A DNA stretch of 64,000 bases from Eledone cirrhosa (GCA_964016885.1 OZ024743.1:290098001-290162000), one strand, 5' to 3'. Shown: positions 1 through 13,225, counted from the stretch's first letter. Notes: generated by a model from the sequence alone, not told the origin. Translations and numbers: made by a program.

Positions 1-176
1 TATGTGTGAATGTATAATTTACGTACTATTACGAATATGCGTGACTTTGTGTATGTTTATGTATTTGGATATTTATAGATTTGTGCCTCTCAATTTATGC
101 CCATTCTTTTATTTCAGCCTCATTTTCCTTTATCCTAAACCCTGTTTTCAAATCGATACTCCATTCAATAATAAAC

Positions 177-238
177 TTATTCTGATGAATGAAGACATTC
201 TTTAGTGTCAAGCTCTTCAAGAAACCATTGGTAAATGA
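177..238 (+). ncRNA. Type I hammerhead ribozyme (PLE pLTR-type)
   Basis: ttatt-CTGATGA(182-188)-stem II tgaaga/tcttca-GAAA(221-224)-ccattgg-TA-aatga; GUA triplet; 5-bp stem I with one G-U. Confidence 0.6.
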
Positions 239-323
239 ATTAGCTATCTTATGTTGTTTATTACATAACTATATCTATATGCATATACATTTGCGTATAA
301 TACCAATATGCACACTACATATG

Positions 324-950
324 CTAGCAGAAAACCGCGCGCTATGCGGTTTTTCTGCTAGTTATATTAATTGTTTAAAATAAAAGAGTTAATAAATAAA
401 TAAACCGTTATACTTGTATTACCTTCATATTTCCACTTCACCGAACGCTATCCTGACTGTATGTGTCTGTTTGTGTAAACGTATATGTGTGAATGTATGT
501 ATGTTTGTGTGAAAGTTTGTGTGAAAGTAAGTGTGAATGTATGTATATGTGTGTGAAAGTATGTATATTTGTGTGAATTATATCCGTGAGCGTCTGTTTT
601 TATAAGTTTGTGTTTGCGCGATTATAGTTATATACTCATAATAGTTATATACTCATACGCGTCAGCGTGTAGAAAATCATAATATCTCTATCTCTCTCCT
701 CACACCCTCCCTCCTTCTATATATATGGTAGTTGAAGTGGTGGTGGTGGCGACGATATACCGGAAGTAGAACTTTGAAAAGAAGTCCATTTTAAATTAGG
801 AAATTTTATGAAATTATTTGTTTACGAAATTTAGTACGTAAATTATGTAATATTCATTCATAATTTATTCAAAATAATCCAACTTAATTCACTAACTGGA
901 TTAAAAGAAATAAACAGTACGCAGTCCCGCAGAACTTTCTTTATTATAGT
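324..950 (-). mobile_element. Probable non-autonomous Helitron
   Basis: GC hairpin ccgcatagcgcgcgg followed by ttttctgCTAG on the minus strand at 324-350, like the other Helitron 3' ends here; 5' boundary uncertain. Confidence 0.4.
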
Positions 951-970
951 TTATATATGTATATATATAA

Positions 971-1013
<43 letters not shown>

Positions 1014-1031
1014 TGTGTGCGTGTGTGTGTC

Positions 1032-1604
1032 TGATTTAGGTGAGGTTGGTGTCTCATTTTAATTCATACTTTTAATTTTAATGTTTTTCCTATGCCTGTA
1101 GTAGTTTATATTCTCTTCACGCTGGTGGATGGAAATTCCTGTAAAGAAAAACACACTCTTCTGTGTCTTTCCCCTCTATATATTGTATTTTAAAGTGCTG
1201 TTGAGCACCATTAATTGAATAGTATAGGCTGCCATTTCTAGCAGCTTGCTCTGTTCATGCCACCGATTACTACCCCGCGCACGCATTTCCCTTATGTCTA
1301 CACGTGCGAAAGGTAGGATACTTTAGTTCTCTCTAGTAGTCCGGACAATATCGGCCTTCCCCATGCTGATGACCCACCGGCCCGTATTGGAACCCACTAA
1401 AATGGCGAAACATTCTCCTGGTTAGTGTGTACATGTGTGATTTAGGTGAGGTTGGTTTCTCATTTTAATTTATACTTTTAATTTTAATGTTTTTCCTATG
1501 CCTCTAGTAGCTTATATTCACTTCACGCTGGTGGTTTGAAATTCCTGTAATGAAAAACACATTCTTCTGTGTCTTTCCCCTCTTTATATTGTATTTTAAA
1601 GTGC
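1032..1604 (+). mobile_element. Retrozyme-like / non-autonomous PLE element, family alpha (406-bp monomer + ~167-bp terminal redundancy)
   Basis: Direct repeat 1032-1198 / 1438-1604; hammerhead at 1362-1435 cleaves just upstream of the repeat start; no ORF. Confidence 0.7.
1362..1435 (+). ncRNA. Type I hammerhead ribozyme
   Basis: catg-CTGATGA(1366-72)-cca...tgg-GAAA(1407-10)-cat...gtg-TA-catg; homologous to the better-paired copies at 53674-53827. Confidence 0.65.
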
Positions 1605-1745
1605 CCAGGAAAACCCTTTCCTTTGAGCTCATTTATTTACAGGATTATACGCGAGTCCTTTGCTCCGTTATTTTACTTGATATATATATATATATATTAT
1701 TCAAAATATTAATAAATGGAGACATTCACGTAATCAAAATATATG

Positions 1746-1807
1746 TTTTATTATATATATTTCAGAGGTACTGTGCTGTTTTTTCAGTACGCCCTCATCA
1801 GATAAAA
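1746..1807 (-). ncRNA. Minimal hammerhead ribozyme in PLE 3' pLTR
   Basis: Minus strand: ttttat-CTGATGA-stem II gtactg/cagtac-GAAA-tatata (palindromic)-TA-ataaaa. Confidence 0.75.
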
Positions 1808-3337
1808 TACTGACATTAATGTATGACATACCTCAACTGTGCTGATGTTTCAATTCCAGTCTTGGCAGTGATTTATTACAACAAAACTCAATATTTATAT
1901 ACCACAAGTAATAGTGTGACAAACTAAATATGATGGAGAGGGATACATAGCGGGATATAGGAGTGGGTGAGTAGGAAAAAGTATAGAAGAAATAAATAAA
2001 TAAACACGTAAGTATATAAATGTTAAATATTTAACTATTTGAATATGTAAATATCCGTGTTAGAGAAAAAGACAAAGGAGAGAGAGAGTGTGTGTGTTAA
2101 ATAGAAGAGCAAAGGGAAAAAGATAAAAACATAAAGATAAAAAGAAGGGAGTGGGAGATAGAGATGATAGAATATATAACTGCATAAGGAAAAGAGATAA
2201 AAAAGAAAGAAAGAAGAAAGTATGAGAGTATTTATCATAACTTAATTGCATATCACCATCTGTATATATGCATTTTATATAATGTTTAGAATTATAAATT
2301 TTATAAACAATGCTATTTAAATCAATAGTTGTCAATTACATATAGGATTAATTATTAGTTGTATTTATTCTTGAAAGTACTATTATTTCGATTCAACCAA
2401 ATCTTATTTTATTCAATACTATAGATCAAGTTAAATACAGATTATTAATAAATTTGGATAAAACGAAAATTATACACGATAAATGTAAACAAATGAGCTC
2501 CGTACAATATATCCAAACGTTTAAATTAACTAAAAGGTTTGAAAGCCTGAAAGTATTTCAGATCTCTCAAATTTAGAAAATTCAAGACATAAAATGAGGA
2601 CTCTAAAAACAAACTAAAGGTATTTAGTCAATCAAGAGATTAACTTGCTATATAAATGAACTGATATGCATTTCCTAAGGTGAGGTAAAACATTTTACAT
2701 AATACTAATAAAAACAAGAATTATTAATAAAAGTGAATATCTTTTTTCACTCAGTCAATGATTTTTCCTAAATGTATATGATGCTTGAAATATTTTTATA
2801 GATTTATGGAGGCAATTTGAAAATAACTCACTTTTTGTATTAATTAAATTACCATAATTAGCAATTATTAATAGATTCTCTAAATTGCAAATATTGCAGT
2901 TTGGTGAAATGGAATCGTTACGATAGGATTCAGAGTTTCTAAGCTTAACCCAAGAAATTGAGTATTTCATATTTTTCTCTTTTAAATACCATATTAATTG
3001 TGATAATGAAGTAGACATTTTTTTATCTGGATTAGAAAAAGAATGTTTATGATTGGAAAAGCGAAGTTTAAAGTTCGATGAAGTTGCACCGATGTAGTTA
3101 TAAGTAATATTATTATTTGTTTTAATGGTACATTTATATACTAAATTCTTATCAAGGCAGTTATTTCGTAAAGGGCATTCGGATTTCCTTCTACAGATAC
3201 AATTCAATTTCATGTTATTTCTATAATATAAACTGTACATATTATCATTGTTAGTATCAGGTGTTCTACAATATGTGTTTAAATTATTGTTATTGTTATT
3301 CTCAATAACTATTGTATTATTATTATTACTATTGTTA

Positions 3338-3396
3338 AAAGTACCAGTAATACACTGGTTCATTGCTGGCCTTGTGCCTAAAATAGAAACAATTAT
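3338..3396 (+). mobile_element. 3' fragment of the tRNA-derived SINE inserted in the PLE ORF
   Basis: aaagtaccagtaatacactgg...gctggccttgtgcctaaaatagaaacaatt matches the SINE 3' end at 8145-8203; lies in the AAT-rich linker and splits the ORF. Confidence 0.75.
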
Positions 3397-4008
3397 TACT
3401 ATTGTTATTATCGCTAATTATATGTTGGTTTGAATTAAGAATTCTGCTATTAATTTTTGCAATATTTTGAGCCATATTCATGGTTGTTGAGTACGAAAGT
3501 TTAACTGTGTGTCTATTGAAGATAGAGTAATATTTATGTGATCTAGGGAAACATTCATCCAAGGCTTTGAAAAATATATGTGGTAAAGGCGTTTTAATAG
3601 CTAAAGATGCTGGCGGGGCATACCAAATAATAGTTCTAGTTCCAATTTTTTTCACCGATTTATTCTCCAAATTGTTATTTTTATTTATATTTATATTTTT
3701 ATTTTTACAGTCAGTTTTATTTATATTATTCCTAATATTATGAATATTTTGTTTATAATTACTATTATTATTTTCTACATAGTCAATATTATATTTATAT
3801 CCTTTTTTATGTAACGCTTCATTGTAATATCCAACTTTACTATTAAAAATGGATTTGTTAGCAGCTACTCTGGTTATACGTTGTTGAACACTATTGACTA
3901 TTGCATTTTTAACACATTTAGGATGATTAGAATAAAAACTAACATAATTTAGGTCATATATTCATTGAATAATCAATGAACCTTGTTTAACATTTGGTTA
4001 ATTATATA

Positions 4009-4044
<36 letters not shown>

Positions 4045-4048
<4 letters not shown>

Positions 4049-5870
4049 AAACAGAAATAACAACACAATCGGTACAGAATATGGAAGGAATATATTACGT
4101 TAACGCTTGAAATAGCAGGAAGAGGGTCTTAACGTTTCGGACGCTATTCTTTAATCAGAAGAAAGAATGAGAAATAAGGTAGATTGAAGGGACAGGGGTG
4201 GGTGGAATTGGAAAAATTGTCTTTAGATAAAAATAGCAGGTCTATTCATGTTGTCATTTCTTGGAAATTGATGATGCTGACATTAGGCGCATGGTTTATT
4301 TTTGTAGAAAAGTGGATGATGGAACCCGTCTACCTGATATGGGAAAAAACCGTTTTTTAAAAAGAGCTATACTTGTGCACGTGCGTATTCATGTGTGTGT
4401 GTGTGTGTGTGCGTGTATCTGTGTGTGTGTGTTATTATACATCCATACGAAGCTAAGAATAAATGTGTGTGTATATGTAAGTAAAAGAGTGTGTGTTTGC
4501 TAGTAAGTACGAAGCTATGAGTAAAAGTATGTTAAAAGTGGAGTGTACATATTTGGTCGGTCTGTATTAGTTGTAAGAGAATATGTTTCTGACCATAAGA
4601 GAGTTATAGAATCTAGGGGTGAATTTACAAGCGCGTGTGTGTTAATGGACGAGGTGTTAAATAAATTGGGGGAGGGGTGAGTTGAGTCCATGAGGGAAAT
4701 AGGACCCTACGCGGTAAATCAGACTCTGTTTAGGTCTGTTGCGGGAGGCATGTGTTTCGTGATGTAAAAGGACACCCAGGATTCAGACATGTAGGGTAAA
4801 ATGACCAGCAGAACGGAAATGACGGGTGACAGGAGTATCCAAACCGAGTCGTGTGTCCCTCAAATGCTCAGCAAAACGGTCCGCTATACGGTGTCCCATT
4901 TGTTCGATGTATAAAGACTCGCGAAGGGAACACAGCAGAGCATAGACAACGTGGGTTGATGTGCAGGTGAATGAGTGGAGGATACGGAATGACACGTTAT
5001 GGCCTGTGAGAATGGTGAGGGTGGAAATGAAGAGACAAGTGTTGCACTGGGGACAAGAACAAGGATGAGAGCTGGGTGGAGTCGTAGAAGAGAACGAGAA
5101 GGAAATGTGTTCCAGTAGGTCACGGAGGTTACGGGCGCACTTAAATGCGGTAATGGGTAGCTTTGGAAAAAAGTGAGAAGTGACGGTGTCAGAAGAGAAG
5201 TTGCGAAAGGAACGGAGGATATTTCGCCGGAGTGGTAGAGTAATGGCGTGGTAGGTGAGAGGGAACGGGAGGCGGGTGGTGAGAGGGCGCTGGTGAGGTG
5301 AGAGGGCTGTGGTACGGTCGGTTACACGGGCGCGGGTGAGAGCAGCTTGGATCAGGGTGGGGGATATCCACGCTGGATGAAGCGGGTAGCAGTGTGAAGG
5401 GAATGGGTTTCGAAATCGTCGTCCTGGCTACAGAGCCGGCGAAGACTGAGGAATTGGGAATAGGGTATGGAGTGTTTGGTGTGGGTTGGATGGAGGGAGG
5501 TGAAGTCGCCTAAGATTGGGGTTGGTTGGTTTATAGAGGATGGAAGTAGAGAGGCTGTGGTGAGAGTGATCGTTAGATAGAGAGATATCTAGAAAAGGCA
5601 CAGATGAATCGGAGACGGTGGCGCTGAAGGTGGGAGCAGGATGAAATGATTGGACAAAAGATAGTAATGAGTCGAGCAGTTCTCGTGATAGCGAGGTGGC
5701 GCCGATACAGTCGTCGATATAACGACCGTATAGCTCAGGAGTAGGTCCAGCGTACTGGGAGAAGATCTGGGCTTCGACGTAGCTAGCAAACAAGTTGGCA
5801 TAGTTTTGTGCCATTCTGGTTCCCATCGCTACCCCAGAGACCTGCTGATAGAATTCACCCGAATAGGAAA
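4045..5870 (-). mobile_element. Penelope-like retroelement remnant (RT + GIY-YIG, frameshifted)
   Basis: MGTRMAQNYANLF...YGRYIDDCIG...VPFLDI...YKPT (PLE RT); CTSTHVVYALLC...LYIEQMGHRIADRFAEHLRD (GIY-YIG); decayed HHR at 4127-4162 (CTGATTA...GAAAcgTT); (TA)n flanks. Confidence 0.9.
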
Positions 5871-5931
5871 TGTATATATATATAAAGAAAAAAATGCGAT
5901 GTTGTATATGTTAGAGTCTCTTATTTATTGA

Positions 5932-5982
5932 GCCGTTATACATATTGCCATGACGATAGATATTGTCATTTCTTCAGACAGC
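5932..5982 (-). ncRNA. Decayed minimal hammerhead (GAAA mutated to GCAA)
   Basis: gctgt-CTGAAGA-atgac/gtcat-GCAA-tatgta-TA-acggc, then AATAAA. Confidence 0.55.
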
Positions 5983-7044
5983 ATTTATAAGCGGAAGCAA
6001 GTGGACTAAAAAAATGTATGTTTTCGCTTTGGATCTCCGCTCCCTTCTAACTTTCAGAACCCCCCCCCCGACAACTCTGCGCAGACGCAGAGGTGTGGGT
6101 GGCTGACCACTCAATTAGCACCCAAAATAAAGGTGGTGCATGGAAAATAATAGGTAGTTGTTGCTTTTGGTCCTTTCATTAAGCCAGAGGAAAGTTGTTC
6201 TATAGTAAATCTTCGTCAACTGTTAGGGGTGTCCTACAGTTGGGGTATTTTCGGGTGTAGTTTGCCTTACTTCATCAGATTGGATTGTATCAAAAAGATC
6301 TCAACACGGAGAACTTAATATATTCGGTATAAAAGTATAAAATTGACCTCATGCTCTCGACGTCATATTACTTCTTTAAAACAAGGATGACGTCGTATAT
6401 TTATAAAGGGGAAAATGAGAAGTATCTCGAACAATAGCCTGGAAAGGAGATCTCCTTCCGAGTCCCATCCTGCCTCAAATAGCCACGGACAGCCTGTGAA
6501 ATTCACCCGGCAGCAACTGCATTGAACAATATACTCGAGTACTGTGAATATAACTGACTCTCTATAACTCGTCCCCACTCAGACATTTATCACAAATTTT
6601 GTCCTCCATTTTCTTTATAATTCCTTTTTCCTTTATACATGTTTTCCTTTATTTCTTTATAGCAGGAATTTTAATATAAAACTCTGAGTTCATCAATAAA
6701 CATAATCTGCTTTAGTACATATTCTACCAAACACACAAACACACACACACACATTCACATACACATGATTCCACGCCTAATTACGTTTTGTATACTAACA
6801 TTACCTAATATTCTACACGTAATAGTTCCACTCGGAACATTGCGGCAGATTGGAACGTTAGAATTTGATGCATTGGTCCGGTATCACAATTATTTTACCC
6901 ACTGATTAACGTGTGTGTGCACTCTAATCAATTAGTTTCGAATTTTAATAATTGTTTCTACCTTTGGCACAAGGCCAGCATTAATACGAAATTATTCGTC
7001 TATTAAGTGAGTGAGGAATCGACCGAGGCTATGTCCATTCTACT

Positions 7045-7180
7045 CGACAAGTCCCGAGTCTAATTGGGCGTAAACACTGTGAGTATGTTACTCAATACAT
7101 TAGTGTAAACAGCATGTTTAATATACAAAGGCTTCCGCATGACAAGAACTGTTTCATTTAAATAAAATCACCAGGGCTTT
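7045..7180 (-). mobile_element. Decayed pLTR/HHR fragment, family gamma
   Basis: aggcttccgcatgacaagaactgtttcatt matches 57616-57645; tail resembles 57745-57790. Confidence 0.5.
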
Positions 7181-7329
7181 TCGGACGATTTCTTTTGAAT
7201 GAAACACATGTCGCTGTGCATTGTAACAATCCATTCTCTGAATAGAGGCCCGAAGCCCACTGCCTTGACAACTGTCACCAAGTTGCAATTGTTGACACTA
7301 TCGAAAGTTTTCGAATGTTTTCAGTTGAA

Positions 7330-7950
7330 CAGGGCCTTATCCTGCTTCCTTACCCACTCTCTCTACGAGGTAGCGCTTATGTTGGAGGTTGTTGTGAATG
7401 GATCTTTCCGGAATAGCACATTTTTTCGCCTCTCCTACCAGGCCACCAACGACGAGCGCCAACTTCGTCGCTAACACATTGGCCTAAATTATAAACTCTG
7501 CGTTCAGCAGAGTGATGGGCTTGAAATTATCTATATTTTTCCCTGCTGTTTGGATCTTTTCTCAGCAACACCACATTTTCTCAGCTCAGAGAGCTGGAAA
7601 TGTTCCAGTTACCTGCCATCGGCGCAGACGTCCGCTAAGATGTCGCCAAATAAATCTGGAATGTTTGCGTAAAGCTCGTAGAACAAACCATTCAATGGAG
7701 TTAATTTAACTCATGTGCAATTAACCATCGCGTCCAATATTTCATCAGCTGTTATCGGCTTTTCGTAACACTCCATCTCCCTCACCGAGAGCCATGTCAA
7801 GTCATCGATGTAGGAACTGAAATACATCCCTCAATCCGACCCATCACTCCTACCGAACATTTGTGCGAAGTATCGCAGAAAAATCGCACACATCTGTTTG
7901 GGATTGGACACCCGTCATCATTCGCCAAAATACTGCATTGAGATAATGGA
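7330..7950 (-). mobile_element. L1/Tx1-clade LINE reverse transcriptase fragment (stops, frameshifts)
   Basis: Manual minus-strand translation: EKPITADEILDAM...NGLFYELYANIPDLFGDILADV...DNFKPITLLNAEF..ANVLATKL...CAIPERSIHNNL. Confidence 0.8.
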
Positions 7951-8013
7951 TGAAGATTCTGTTTTAAGATAGTACACCTTCTAGGCATGGACACCACATT
8001 GACGCTTATTAAT

Positions 8014-8204
8014 GAGTGGATTGGCAGTATTGGTAGAGGGTCGGGCGCCATGCTTTGAAGCATAGAGTTACCTCCCTTTATGATCTGAGTTGAAATCCCG
8101 CCGAGGTTAACTTTGCCTTTCATCCTTACGGGGTCGATAAAATAAAGTACCAGTAATGCACTGGGATAATTGCTGGCCTGGTGCCAAAAGTAGAAACAAT
8201 TAAT
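8014..8204 (+). mobile_element. tRNA-derived SINE with Deu/Nin-like central domain
   Basis: A box tggcagtattgg, B-box-like gagttgaaatcc, core ctttgcctttcatccttacggggtcgataaaataaagtaccag; many copies in the window. Confidence 0.85.
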
Positions 8205-8350
8205 GAAATTAGGGCAACACCTAAGCCCATACGTGTCCCATAGTGAGGGATGTAAACACATATGTTGTGGTGTCCTTGTCACATTTGAGCACGTCAATGC
8301 GATTTTAAAGGTTCGGACTTACGCTATAATACAAATCGGTAATACAAATA

Positions 8351-8463
8351 TAATTGTTTCTACTTAAGGCACAAGGCCAGCAAATATGCCAATGTATTGC
8401 TGGTACTTTATTTTATCGACCCCGAAAGGATGAAAGGCAAAGTTAACCTCGGCGGGATTTGAA
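8351..8463 (-). mobile_element. Same SINE, 5'-truncated copy
   Basis: Reverse complement of 8090-8203. Confidence 0.8.
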
Positions 8464-9082
8464 TCGGTAATACAAATATAATACAAATCGGTAAACATCG
8501 GTAAACAGGATTGGTTAATTGGATTTCAATAAAAAAATAAATAATGGAACCCCTAGGGACATCTTTACAATTGAGGAGGAAAGAGAAGATGTTTCAGTGA
8601 GAGAGGGGGAAGGGGAGATACTACTGATGTTTGTTAAACCATCCCTCCCACTACTTCCCTTCCTCCTCCCACAACTCAGTCTTCCAAAACGAGGCAACAA
8701 CTTAGAATTATACATTAAAAATACTCAATCAAAGCAGACGACAATGATTGTTCCCGATTCTGTAGTGAAAGAGAACGAGAGGGTATGATAGAGAGAGAGA
8801 GAGAGGGGTTGAGAAAGAAAGAAAATAGTCAGGGGTATTGGTGAGGGGAGAAAATGACAGCGGCGTTCGATAACGTTAACTTTTATTTATTTATTCTTTA
8901 GACACTGTTTAACTTTTCACCTTCCCCAACCTTACGTCTCTTACTCTCTCTCTTTCACACAAGACGTACTTTGACTCTCTCTCTCTTTGTATGCGTGTGT
9001 GTGTGTTGTGCGTGTCCGGGAAAGTTACAATGTCCGTACACATACACAACACACAAACACGCATCTATCTATCTATCTATCT

Positions 9083-9918
9083 AGTGAGACGACGCGCTCG
9101 AAGAAACTCTAGGTGTAGAGGAAGACGAACTGGCCAATCTGTTCGGTAGAACCTTCCGCCCGGGACCGATGGACAACTTCCAAAAGTCCCCGGCCTTGCA
9201 GTGCTACCGAGGAGCTCTACCAATTCGAGACAAGCTCTACAGACACGGGTGCCCGGGCAGGAACCCTTCGAAAAAGATCTGTCCGAGATGCGTGTGCGAC
9301 GAGGAAACCGTCGCGCACGCATTTGTACACTGCCCGGGCGTTACCGACCTGTGAGGCTATGTAGGGTAGGACCAATCCAGTTGATCACCGAGTCCATTGT
9401 CATAATGAAACCGCCACGATCCTTCAAAAACGAAGGAAAGCCGGTTTTCCTTTGTGTGATAGCTATGGCAAAAGAGGTTGTATGGTGGACGAGGTTAAAA
9501 GGGCTGAGGTCAGACACCTTTCTCTCCGGCCAACAACTGATTCTTTTTTTCAAATACCACTTTGGAAGAAGAATCAGGATGGAGAGATAGGTGCTGTACC
9601 CCACCAAGTTTTATGAAAGGTGGGTGAAAGTGGCGAGAATGGCCCGAGTGAATGGGCCTTCTCTCTATAATAGCCTTTAGAGTGAAGAAAAGTAGGAAGA
9701 GAGGAAAGGGGTACAAACTCTTCGTATTCCTGGAGATGAGGGTTGCACATTCTTTCGGGGGTATGTGTTACCCACATGTAATGTCTCCCCCTATTGGGGA
9801 AAATCGATTAACTTTTAAATTACATTTGTGATAATATTTTACACGGTTTTATTGTATGTAAACTTCCCCCTTTGTATTTGTCTCCTTCTTTTGTGCACCT
9901 GTGGCTAATAAATAATCA

Positions 9919-9920
<2 letters not shown>
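9083..9920 (+). mobile_element. Tx1/L1-clade LINE 3' end (zinc knuckle + 3' UTR) inserted in (TCTA)n
   Basis: ALPIRDKLYRHG...CPRCVCDEETVAHAFVHC; AATAAA near the end; (TCTA)n on both sides. Confidence 0.85.
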
Positions 9921-9980
<60 letters not shown>

Positions 9981-9989
9981 ACTATCTAT

Positions 9990-10240
9990 CCCTCTGTCTG
10001 TCTCTGTGTGTATGTCCGTACCCACATAACCGATTTTCACCAAACTTGATACATGGGCTACGTATGTTCTACAAATGAATTTGAACTCTCAGAATTGGCA
10101 TATATTGAGCATGAACTCCCTTTTGGCAACAGCCGATGATTTTGTATAAGTATAGTTTTCGAAGCAACACTAAAGTATTGACATGAATGCTATACATGAA
10201 TGGTATTTAATACCCGAGCAACGCCGGGTACTTCTGCTAG
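9990..10240 (+). mobile_element. Short non-autonomous Helitron
   Basis: Ends in cccgagcaacgccgggtacttctgCTAG|T (hairpin + CTAG), matching 60893-60921. Confidence 0.7.
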
Positions 10241-11983
10241 TTTACTATATAATATTTCCTTTCGTTCTTACAGGGTCGAGAAAATGGAGTACCAGTAACG
10301 TACTGTGTCAACTTAATCGATGTTGCTCTACACCAAAATTGTTGGCCTCCTGCCTAAATCATTATCAACATATATCATATTCAATCTATAAACGTTATAT
10401 GAATCCTTAATTTTGTGCAGGTTCAATATTTTATCAAATAAATCCATAGAAAAAACTCATACAAATGCGCTCTTGCACGCATACATACGTAGGTATATAC
10501 ATAGGTATATATGTATATGTATGTATATATATATATAGATGTTTGTATGTATGTGTGTGTATGTGTGTGTGTGTATGAATGTCAGTTTTTGTATGTGCGT
10601 ATGTATTACTTTATAGTCGAATTTGTGTTATTTTCATGAAAAACGAATGGTTTAGAGGTCAATCTTGATAAAATGTCAAACCAGTTTCTAATATATCAAT
10701 AAGTAATAGGAAAAGAAACAGCGCATTCTTTTCAATGCAATTTTGTGAAAATAAATGCACAAAACGGTTATATAAATAAACAACAGAGCTTTCGAATCAC
10801 CTGCAATATTGAATTGCTGTAGTTTCAGAACTTAATTTAGTATTCAGATTTCTAATTTTCTTTTCAAAGAAGCAAGAAAATATCTTTAAATATTGACAAC
10901 CATCAATAACTCCATTTTCACTTTGCTGTTGTAAAAATGGTTCAGTCTTTCTTCTTTTGATTACCTTGACAAAAGATAAAATAAAAAGATCTGTAACCTA
11001 AAAAACAAGTAGATTATAGAATAATGGAGGAACTATCTTAAGCTTGATCAATCATTATTGAATTATTTCTAAGTGAAAAGCTAACCTATGTTTCTATTAT
11101 ATATTTCGTCTAAGAAATTAGTGATAAGTGATTGAAACCCTATAGAGAGAGTGATTATAACTCATGTAGCTTAAACTCACACAAAGACGCAGATAGATAG
11201 ATGATTACACATTAACACCAAACATACTCATACGTGTGTGTATTTATGTATGTATGTATGGATGAATGGATGGATGAAAGGGAGTATGTTTGCCTACATA
11301 TACATATATTTATGTATATGTTATTAGATATATATATGTGCGTATGCGCGCGCGTTCGTTTGCATGAGCGTCTATGTGTGTTTATGAGTTGTGTGAGTGT
11401 GTGAGAATATTAGATTTTGAAAAGTTTTGTACGTGTATTTATTATATATGTGTGTACGATGATGCTATTACAAAACTAAATTTTCAAGAAATAATATTTT
11501 AGTGAACGTCGGTAGATATATCTCCCCATTGAATGGAGAACATGTTAAACGAAATTGTTATCTGTATAACTTCATCTCTACAGTGACTGCTAATACAATA
11601 CAATATTTACATTTATATTATTATATTCATAGAGAGAGAGAGAAATAGAGAGGGGGCGAGTAAAACACCGACCCCGCAGAGAAGCGATTTCGATACAAGC
11701 CGAAACCACTTGTTGCTGCTGAAGTAATTTTACGTATCTATATACGCAATTTGCATCTCCTCATGCATTGAGCATCCAAATGTTAGCACTGTGACCGGTT
11801 TCAGCACTGCAGACTCTCTCTATATAATTATATAAGAGCATAGAGTGCTCAACTGGCATAGCACCTATGGAAGCATCTTAGCTACCATCAGACACACATA
11901 TATATATATATACATATATAGAAATGGCTTCTACAGGACTACTCACGATTGAACCGGGGATAAACTTATATATATATATATAT

Positions 11984-12473
11984 AAACGGAAACAATGAAA
12001 CGAAATTTCATTTCCCACTCTTAGTACGGCTGTTACTTAAATATAAGTATAAGTATGTACACGTACATACATATATGTATACAGACATACAGTAGTATGT
12101 ATATATATATATATACATACATGCACACATATATATATATGTACGTATGGATTCACCGAACATTTATTATAATGCTCGGTGTGTTTGTAAACAAACATCC
12201 CGTATTAAGCCGTAGTGTCCAGCAACCATTGTTGCTCGTTTGTTCAACACATACAAAGGAACGCTGTACTAGTTTCAAGCTTATTAGCTATCGTCAGCAA
12301 CGTATACCTTCCTGCCAGAGTGTTGAACGTCTGAAAGTATATACTTTCCTTATGCATATTAACGGCTGAGTAGCCCAATTTGCATATCGAGTGGGTTAAT
12401 CGGCGCCGAGTGCACCGAAAACGATAAACGGAAAAAATGAAACGAAATTTCATTTCCCACTCTTAGTACGGCT

Positions 12474-12477
<4 letters not shown>
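11984..12477 (-). mobile_element. Retrozyme-like element, family beta (~440-bp monomer + ~50-bp redundancy) in (TA)n
   Basis: Terminal direct repeat aaacggaaa.aatgaaacgaaatttcatttcccactcttagtacggctgtt; intact HHR; homologues at 39340-40890. Confidence 0.85.
12261..12303 (-). ncRNA. Intact minimal hammerhead ribozyme
   Basis: acgttg-CTGACGA-tagc taataa gctt-GAAA-ctag-TA-cagcgt. Confidence 0.85.
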
Positions 12478-12558
<81 letters not shown>

Positions 12559-13225
12559 TATATAGTAATAATATTAAATTTGAAGACTAAAATCCCAAGA
12601 GGGCTCGATAAGGATAAATATATATCAAATATATAAGAACCGTAGAGCAATATATATATATATATATATATATACACTCACAGAAAAAAGAGTCAGGATC
12701 CGACAGCTGTTCTCCGGCCGTTTCGACAGCTAGATCCGGGCGCTGAGTACACTGCTGCGTTATGCTCCACCTGGTAACTTACCATAACTTCTTTGTCATA
12801 TATACATACATATATGTATATCTAAGTAGAAGGGATATTTAATTTGTTGGAAATTCAACAAATATAAATATTTATAACAGATTCAGAGCACTCGACAGTT
12901 TTTGGAATAAATATTCAATGATATTAAATAAATGGAAACCATATTTATAAAACCATATTTATTCTATTATATATATTTCAAGAGTATATATATATAACAT
13001 TAAAAATGCGAGGAAATGATCAAGAAAAATATACCTACTTTTTCTTCAAAGTCCTGACAGCATTTTTCCCGATTGACTTTGATGCAACCATGCACTATAG
13101 AAGTGCAACATCGCTGTGAGGCTATTAAGGCTTATCAAGAGACCCCTCAGTTAGTGGAATGTTTCATAACAAGTGAATAATTCCCGAGAGACGGGGGAGA
13201 AATTAACACGCGATTGAATGGTTAA

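Larger units (their letters stand above)
1682..3960 (-). mobile_element. Penelope-like retroelement remnant (RT C-terminus, GIY-YIG endonuclease, 3' pLTR with HHR)
   Basis: ORF 3335-3670 (IIWYAPP...FNRHTVKLSYSTTMN) and ORF 2755-3363 (CICRRKSECPL...LVYKC...YIGATSSNFKLRFSNHKHSF...CNICNLE); (TA)n on both sides. Confidence 0.9.

Noticed and set aside
6170-6290. Minus-strand CTGATGA...GAAA and TTGACGA...GAAA motifs
   Set aside because: Could not form convincing stems I and III in any topology.
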